Below are positions 43,441 to 64,000 of a stretch of DNA of 64,000 nucleotides, in pieces. The first letter of the stretch is position 1. Each line of letters begins with the position of its first letter. The DNA is from Malacoraja senta (Eukaryota). The stretch covers positions 12,216,001-12,280,000 of the forward strand of contig CM075989.1 of NCBI GenBank assembly GCA_038087875.1, written 5' to 3'. The notes below the pieces were generated by a model, which made no database searches, was not told the DNA's origin, and worked only from the letters and a program-made list of their open reading frames with translations. Position numbers and translations under genes: made by a program.

Positions 43441-46400
43441 TCTATTTAAAAATGATTTTCTGCATTGTCCTGTTTAATTAATCTTGTTTACTCTACACTT
43501 GGACTATTTAATAAATCTATCCTCATTTTACTCAACAGCAATAGTGAAAATTCAGAATTTCACATGGGGGGGGGGAGGGGAAGACAATGCTTGATAATTC
43601 TGCACCATGTCAATGTAAAACAAAGTTGTAATGTATTTGTAGCCAAACAATGAGCGTAAGATATTTTAAAATCAGTTTGCATATTGCCCCCTCTAGTGCG
43701 TTGCCAGCATCCATTCTTAAAACGGATACCAGGGGGTGGTCATTTAAAACTGATGAACAATAATTTCCTACAGCAGGTGGTGAATCTGGCATTACCTACC
43801 CAGGTGGGTTGTGGAAACTATCGATGGAGGTATTTAGAAGATAGATAACGTATTCAAAATATCAGGGACTTGATGGCTATGGGAACTGGCACAGAAAAGT
43901 TGAGATTTTCACATCCTGATTGATTTGTTTCTTTGTCTTTCAATCTCTGGCCTTTTTCTAACCATCTGCTAATCAAACGCACCCCCATTACGTGCCAGGC
44001 TTTCTGTCCCTCCTCTCTTCTAGCTTTCTTTCTTCTTTCCAGTGCCCATTTCACAAAAAAGAAATCACTGTTTACTGAAGGGAACCAACCCAAAACATCA
44101 TCAATCCATGTTCTCCAGTGACACTACATAACTTTTTTACAGGAAAGTTGCAGCATGAGGTAGTGGCCATGATATTTAATGGTGATAAATGTGGAGCCAG
44201 GTTTTCCTATTTCATTAACACCACACTGATTTGCTTTCTCCATTTTGAGTTGTTGAGGCCAGAAATTCCTATGAACTGGTGGGGTATTTACACATTATTG
44301 AATTTCTTTGAAGCGTGCCCACTGGGTAATCTCATACTGTAACAAAACCTCCACTGTGTATTTTAGTTGACACTTAAAAAATAAAGCAGACACTGAAAAT
44401 TCACAATTCTGGAATGAGTAAGCAAATATTTTGGATCAGCAACTTATCAACAAACACAGAAAAGTTTGTTTTCCCAAACTAGCTTTCAAAAGCAGCAACA
44501 TCTAGATATGGAAAGAAATGTAAAAATACTAAGAACACTTAATTGCAACAATAGACTTTAATGGTGAAAACTTTAGCAAGAACACAGGTTGAGGGTTTGA
44601 ATTGCACACTTGATTCACATCATTTTAGCAGTCAATATTTTCTCACTGATTACACGTGGTCTAAAAGAAAGATTGTCTGATTTAATGTACTGCACATTTG
44701 ATCCCCAGGGAGCTTCCAATGGGTTATACTGATTTTTTTTTTAAACATCAGTACTAAAGCTCTTTAAAATACATTTAAGATTCATAGCAAAGGAGTGGCA
44801 GGGGCCTCAGCAATGTAGAGCAGTTGAGTTGTACCAAATGCACTTGCTTCCTAATGCCAATATCAAAATAAAGATGGAATAATAATCTGGAGCATTACTT
44901 TACCCCATGCACCTTTACACCACTAATGGCTAGTTGTGCACCAGATAAATAACTGGGCAAGAACCTATAGCTATTGAGTGAAGGATGGCCATCTTATGGC
45001 TATAGCAGCTGAATTAATCAATGTACCAGATATCTGCTCACCGACTACAAATGTGCTGTGAGGGCTATAATAGGAATGTATATTTCTACAATGTTTTGCT
45101 TTGCAAATTAATGATTGTTAATTGGTTAAAGTACTAACGACTTTGAAATTCACATAGAGATCCTATTTGCTCCACGGTTGGTACACTTGGGATGCTTTAG
45201 ATGTCATTGGTGAGAACAGTATTCTATGAATGTAAAACTGGCAGCGTTGAAGTCAGCTTTAACTGTCAATCCAGACTAATCAAAAGTTTGCCCTCAAGCA
45301 CTACCAATTTTATTGAAATTACTTCATGTGATACTCAATTGATATTGCAAGCCCACGTAACTACATTCCATAATGTAGTAACTTTATATGAATCTGTTTC
45401 ACAAGTGGGGTAATTGAACAACTTGGAGCTATGGAATTAGAGGCTGTGCTAGATGCACCAGCTATTCTAGAAAGATTAATCTCTGGCTTTAACTCAACCG
45501 AGAAATTAATGAGCAAAAACAATCAACTGTGGGAATGGAAATCAATGTTCTTCGATTTTACAATCCAGCTCAAGTTGCAAGCTCAATTTGTTCCATCAAC
45601 TTCATGGATAGTACAAAATTCACTGCATAGGTACATAACTTGAGGCACACAGCAGGTTATGCCAAAGAAAAGTTAATACCCAAAACTTAGTGCCTTTGAC
45701 CAAATGTAAAAGTGACTGAGCCCATCTCTTCCTTATTCCAACGTGGTACAGCAGGCAGTGCCATCCTTTAATTCTAATCACTGCCTCTTATCATATGTTA
45801 ATAAACTCAAGGAAAACATTTGTATGTTTTGATAGAATCCTACAGCCTTCCGTACTCAATAAATTACCAGTTTCTGGCCTTAGTTATTGATATGGATTCA
45901 ATTACTGCCATTTATGGTCCACTAGATTCACTCATACATAATTATCTCATTCATGCACTGTGCCATAATTCCTTTCTCATCCTTTTAACACTGCGCGTGC
46001 TTAAAATTTGGTACATACCTCCCAGTGCTAGTCACAAGTATTTCCGACATTGTCTCAATCCAGAATGTTTTGCCTTTTGCACTGTTCTGCTCCTGATACG
46101 AGCAGAATTGAAGCCAGACTTAGTTCTTTGCTGCAATCGAGTTTGTCTAAAGTACCTTTAGGGCATTGTAGCAATAATTGGGCCAGGCCTCATCTTGAAC
46201 AGAATAAGCTAATTGACCCCACAATGAGAGAAAGGAAGACAGCAGCAAGAGCATGCAATCGCCCTTCTGAACTGGGCTTTTCTCGAGCATGTGTACAGGC
46301 TTTGGATCAATTCCTTTTGCTAAATAATCAGACAAGAGCAATCATGCCTTAAGCTGTCAGGCAGAAATCCTACCTGTTCTACCTTTGCAGGAAAGCCACT

Positions 46401-47171
46401 GAACTAGAGGTTGGTTGCACCATTTGGTCTCAAATGCTGCAGTACTATCACACTCCTCCACCTCCCCAGTTTGTACTGAAAACCCAAAAGGCAAGTGTGG
46501 AGGAATTGCAGCTCAATTCAACCCTCTTAGTAACAGGCTCTCATGGAATTCCTAAGCTTATAGTCAGTCTGGCCGATTTGAAGCAAATGTTGAGATAAGA
46601 ATTCTAATTTCAGTTCCCTCCACCCGTCCATCTCCTGTCTTTAGAGTTACACTAGTGAGCAGATAACCTGCCACACCTTTGGGAACATGTTGAGGCTTGC
46701 AGTGGAAATAAATTAGAATGTGTCACTGAACTCAAGATTCCAGTTTCACTACATGTAGTGCAGTGTATATATTAGTAAGTATTCAGAGCGTTCTATAAGT
46801 GCCACATAGGGACCAGCAGACCCTCTTTAAAATGATCAGTTATGGGTCTGCAAGTAGCAAGGCGTTTCCATAATTATCCACAAAGTTTGTGTACAATAGT
46901 TTAGTACCATCCCTTTAAAAAGTCAGCTTCCCTCCACTCATTCCCTCATGGCACTGACCCCAAAATAAGACCAACTTGCTATCTATTCCCATTAGCAAAT
47001 ACTAAAATTTAAGAAGGGCAGTTAAATTTTAACAGACATCATTCCTTTAAAAATGTAAATACATCTCTTTAAATATATAATGGGATAAAGGGTTATTGAT
47101 GAGGTAACATCAGCAGAAACATCCATCAGTTTGCTGCACAAAGACAACAGTGGTTTAGCGGCACAAGTGAT

Positions 47172-61036
<13,865 letters not shown>

Positions 61037-61508
61037 TTACCCCTCCCCGCTAGAACTCAAAACATACCTTTGTTCATTAAAATCTGGGCCACAAAATGTT
61101 TAAGAACATTTACCACAGTAAAATAATGAGGCAGGGAGCAGAGAATAAAAAAAGACTAAGAAATTAAAGAGAGATTTGACCTGATGAAAACAGACAGATC
61201 AATAAACTGACAGATAAACCGCTTCAGGGGCTATTGATCTGTGTCAGACTGAATCTGTCCAGCTCAATGAGCCGAGATAAAGCAGCTTCCACTGGAAATC
61301 ATCTCCCTTCGGTCCTCCATCACTAACTGGGACTTTTTCTAATTCAAAGAAAGAACGTTTCATAAAATAAAACAAGGAAACAAACAAAAAGAAAAACACA
61401 AGTGAAAGTGGCAGGCAGCGGCCAAACAAAGAGAAGAATTAGTTTGTGACAATGAGGTAGAAGAGGCAAAAGAAGTTGAAGAAAAAAAATTGTAGGCTGA
61501 AAGAGAAA

Positions 61509-61793
61509 GGGGCAGCACAGTGGTAGAGATGCTGCCTTACAGCACCAGAGCCCCCAGTTCTATCCTGACTACAGGTGTCGTCCGTATGGAGTTTGTACGT
61601 TCTTCCCGTGACTGCGAGGGTTTTCTCCAGGGTCTGCGATTTCCTCCCAAACTCCAAAGCTGTACAGGTTTGTAGCTTCTGTAAATTGTCCCCAATGTGT
61701 AGGATAGTGTTCATGTGTGGGATGATGGCTGGTCGGCGCCAACTCTGTGGGTCGAAGGGTCTATTTCCATGTTGTGTCTCTGAAGTCTAAAGT
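61509..61793 (+). mobile_element. tRNA-derived SINE (HE1/V-SINE-like)
   Basis: Same head and core as 4750-5040. Confidence 0.8.
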
Positions 61794-64000
61794 TGTCTTG
61801 GGAGACCTCAAGTGGCCGAGAGTTGAGATTAGGACTACTTTGCCAGGTGGTGATTCAATCCGAACACAGATTGGATAAACAGCAGAAAAAGATGAACTCC
61901 CAGGGCTGCAGACTTGTTGGAAGAGGTGGATGGGATTGACAAGAGATATTGCAACAACAAAAAAAGCTTAAATCTAATGTGCCTAGTTGCCTCCTGCTGT
62001 ACCATTTAATTGACAAAAGAAACAAGTACACTCATGCAGCACCCTTCATCACTGTGGAATGGCCCAAACATCAACCACCGAGATTCTTCCAGTGCAGGAG
62101 TTCAGCCACGAAACCCGGGGTCTTAAAGGCAAGGGTTGGGAAAGTGGAGGGTTAAGGTGCAGACTGAGACTGGGAGAGTTCCACACTCTCTGGAGACAAA
62201 ATGGTTCCCTACTACTCGATTTCAGAACAGAGAGAAGTGGACCGGGGACAGCCAGCAGCATCAGAGCTGTAGGTAACCTAGCCAAGAAATGGAGATTTGA
62301 GGACAGTTCCAAACACGGCACGGCTCGAGGGAGGCAGACACGCACGAACAGACAAGAAAATAGGAACACAAGGCCATTTGGCCCCTCAAACCTATGATTG
62401 TGCTCCAAGCCCCCAACTCCTCTTCCAGTTCCCTGATCTTTCTAAAGTGGAACTGGAGTATTTAATGGGGAAGCTGATGTCAAGGTTGAGTGTTTGACGT
62501 GACAATGAACAGGCATTGCTGCCTCAATGCCACACACCCAGGCTTTCAGGAGATGGAGTGAGGGCATCAGTTTTACTATCATCATCGACACATTTCATAG
62601 GAACAGCAGGTGGCAGTGTTTCCAATACCATCCAACAATACCCAGGATTCCCATTGCAAAGCCCTCTGAAAACCAAATCCATTTATTATTTTGTTGAATC
62701 TTTAAACAAGAGGTCTGGGGTTGAGAGCGGCTCCCCGGATACGATCGAGTGCTTTCAATTAAAACAGCAGCCACACTAATCCAAGCTGCATCCCAGAGGA
62801 AATTACTCATTCATTTCTCCACAAGCCCTTGACTCAGATTTATCACTCACACTGTTACTCAACTTCAACATATATTCCACTGCCAAATTTCCTAACCCTC
62901 TCTCCTGAAAACACCCTCCCAGAGGAAACAACCGACTACGTAGAGGATCTTTCCTGACGTTGGGGTTACTGACAGTGATCACATCCATTCCTCCAGTTAC
63001 TGTGGTAACCACCCCCAGATATTGTGGCATGTAGCAAGCCGAGAATACTTGCACAACAATAGTTAGCGCACTTTCGAAATATTTGTTGCACTAAACCTTC
63101 TTGGGATTTTCCAGCCATCAAAGTACCAGAGTTACCACATATAAGTGTTGGACAGAGGACTGAAGCTTATACACAAGCATGCACTGCACCACCGTGGAAT
63201 ACCCAGGGTTTTCCCCCATGTGTGGGCGGTGTGTTGAACAGATATTGGTTTCATTGATAATCAGTAACTGGGATTAAAAGGGCTCCAACATTGGCCTCTC
63301 GTGGTGCAGAGGCCAGCTCAACTCCCCCGAGGGATGAAGAATTTAAGCGTCACCCACAGAGCCAAGCACAGAACAATGCAGGCCGGTGCTCTGGTGACAT
63401 ACAGACCTGACACAGCTTCCAGGCAAACGTTAAACCACTTCTCTGATGGACAGAGGGTTCTCATGGTTCAATTTGGTAGGGGAGGTATCTCCATATTCCT
63501 CAAAACAGATTACACACTCGTTATTACTGTACCATTTATGGGAGTTTGCTGGACAAATAACTACCTTGTTTCTGACATCTTACAGGCATTACACATCAGA
63601 TATGTTTCATATTCTGTAAAGCATTCAGGGGCAACCAGCAAGGGTCAAAGAAGATTCTACAAAAATGCAACTTCTTTTAGCAAATGGACATTGAGGGGAC
63701 ATCTGCCAGAGTCCCAAGGATTACTGTTCCCTGAAGGTTTAAGACCCACCAACAGACTCAGTCTATAGAGGGAGAGCTGCATTCACTTCTGCATCAAGAG
63801 AGGGAACCCTGGAGCATGGGTTGTACCTGATCAGATGCCACACCTTCGGAAAGGAGAACAAATGACAAAGTAAAGGCAGGCCCCGGGGAATGTAATGAAC
63901 AGAAGTTCATGCAGTTGTCATCAATTCCAAAAGATTTTAAAAAGTGAAAGCTAAACAACTCAAGATGGCATCTGAACCTTCCCCCATCCACACCAACGAG

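Noticed and set aside
46497..46530. VEELQLNSTL peptide resembling SNAPC5 VEELALQSMI
   Set aside because: No AG/pyrimidine tract at the required position and no upstream exon 1 or promoter found.
63301..63768. 155-aa plus-strand ORF in MAP2K1 intron 1
   Set aside because: GTG start, no recognisable motif or splice context; treated as a chance ORF.

Overview
Eukaryotic, intron-rich vertebrate DNA. The repeat content (HE1/V-SINE-like SINEs, CR1 LINEs with (ACATAGAA)n tails, Penelope relics) suggests a cartilaginous fish, probably a skate or ray; this is inference. The window holds three spliced genes, reconstructed by hand from splice sites and translation. ZWILCH (minus strand, coding exons 1-11, continuing off the left edge) lies head-to-head with a complete 10-exon RPL4 (plus strand, 359 aa, 5'TOP, U12-type intron 3). 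MAP2K1/MEK1 (minus strand, exons 2-11) converges on RPL4, and its exon 1 is beyond the right edge. RPL4 introns host six box C/D snoRNAs (2 SNORD16, 4 SNORD18). Introns are full of CR1, Rex1, Penelope, Helitron, hAT, Harbinger-like and Tc1/mariner elements. The most notable observations are: (1) Penelope-derived fold-back insertions with variable-length target duplications that carry minimal hammerhead ribozyme cores, one of them intact and sense within ZWILCH pre-mRNA; (2) a duplicated SNORD16 block with an unexplained highly conserved 56-nt companion element; (3) a decayed ~218-codon frame in a ZWILCH intron that may be an endogenous viral element; (4) a pseudo-exon copy of ZWILCH exon 5; (5) a duplicated MAP2K1 splice donor; (6) no visible SNAPC5 between RPL4 and MAP2K1. 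Homology statements rest on recalled reference sequences; no searches were run.
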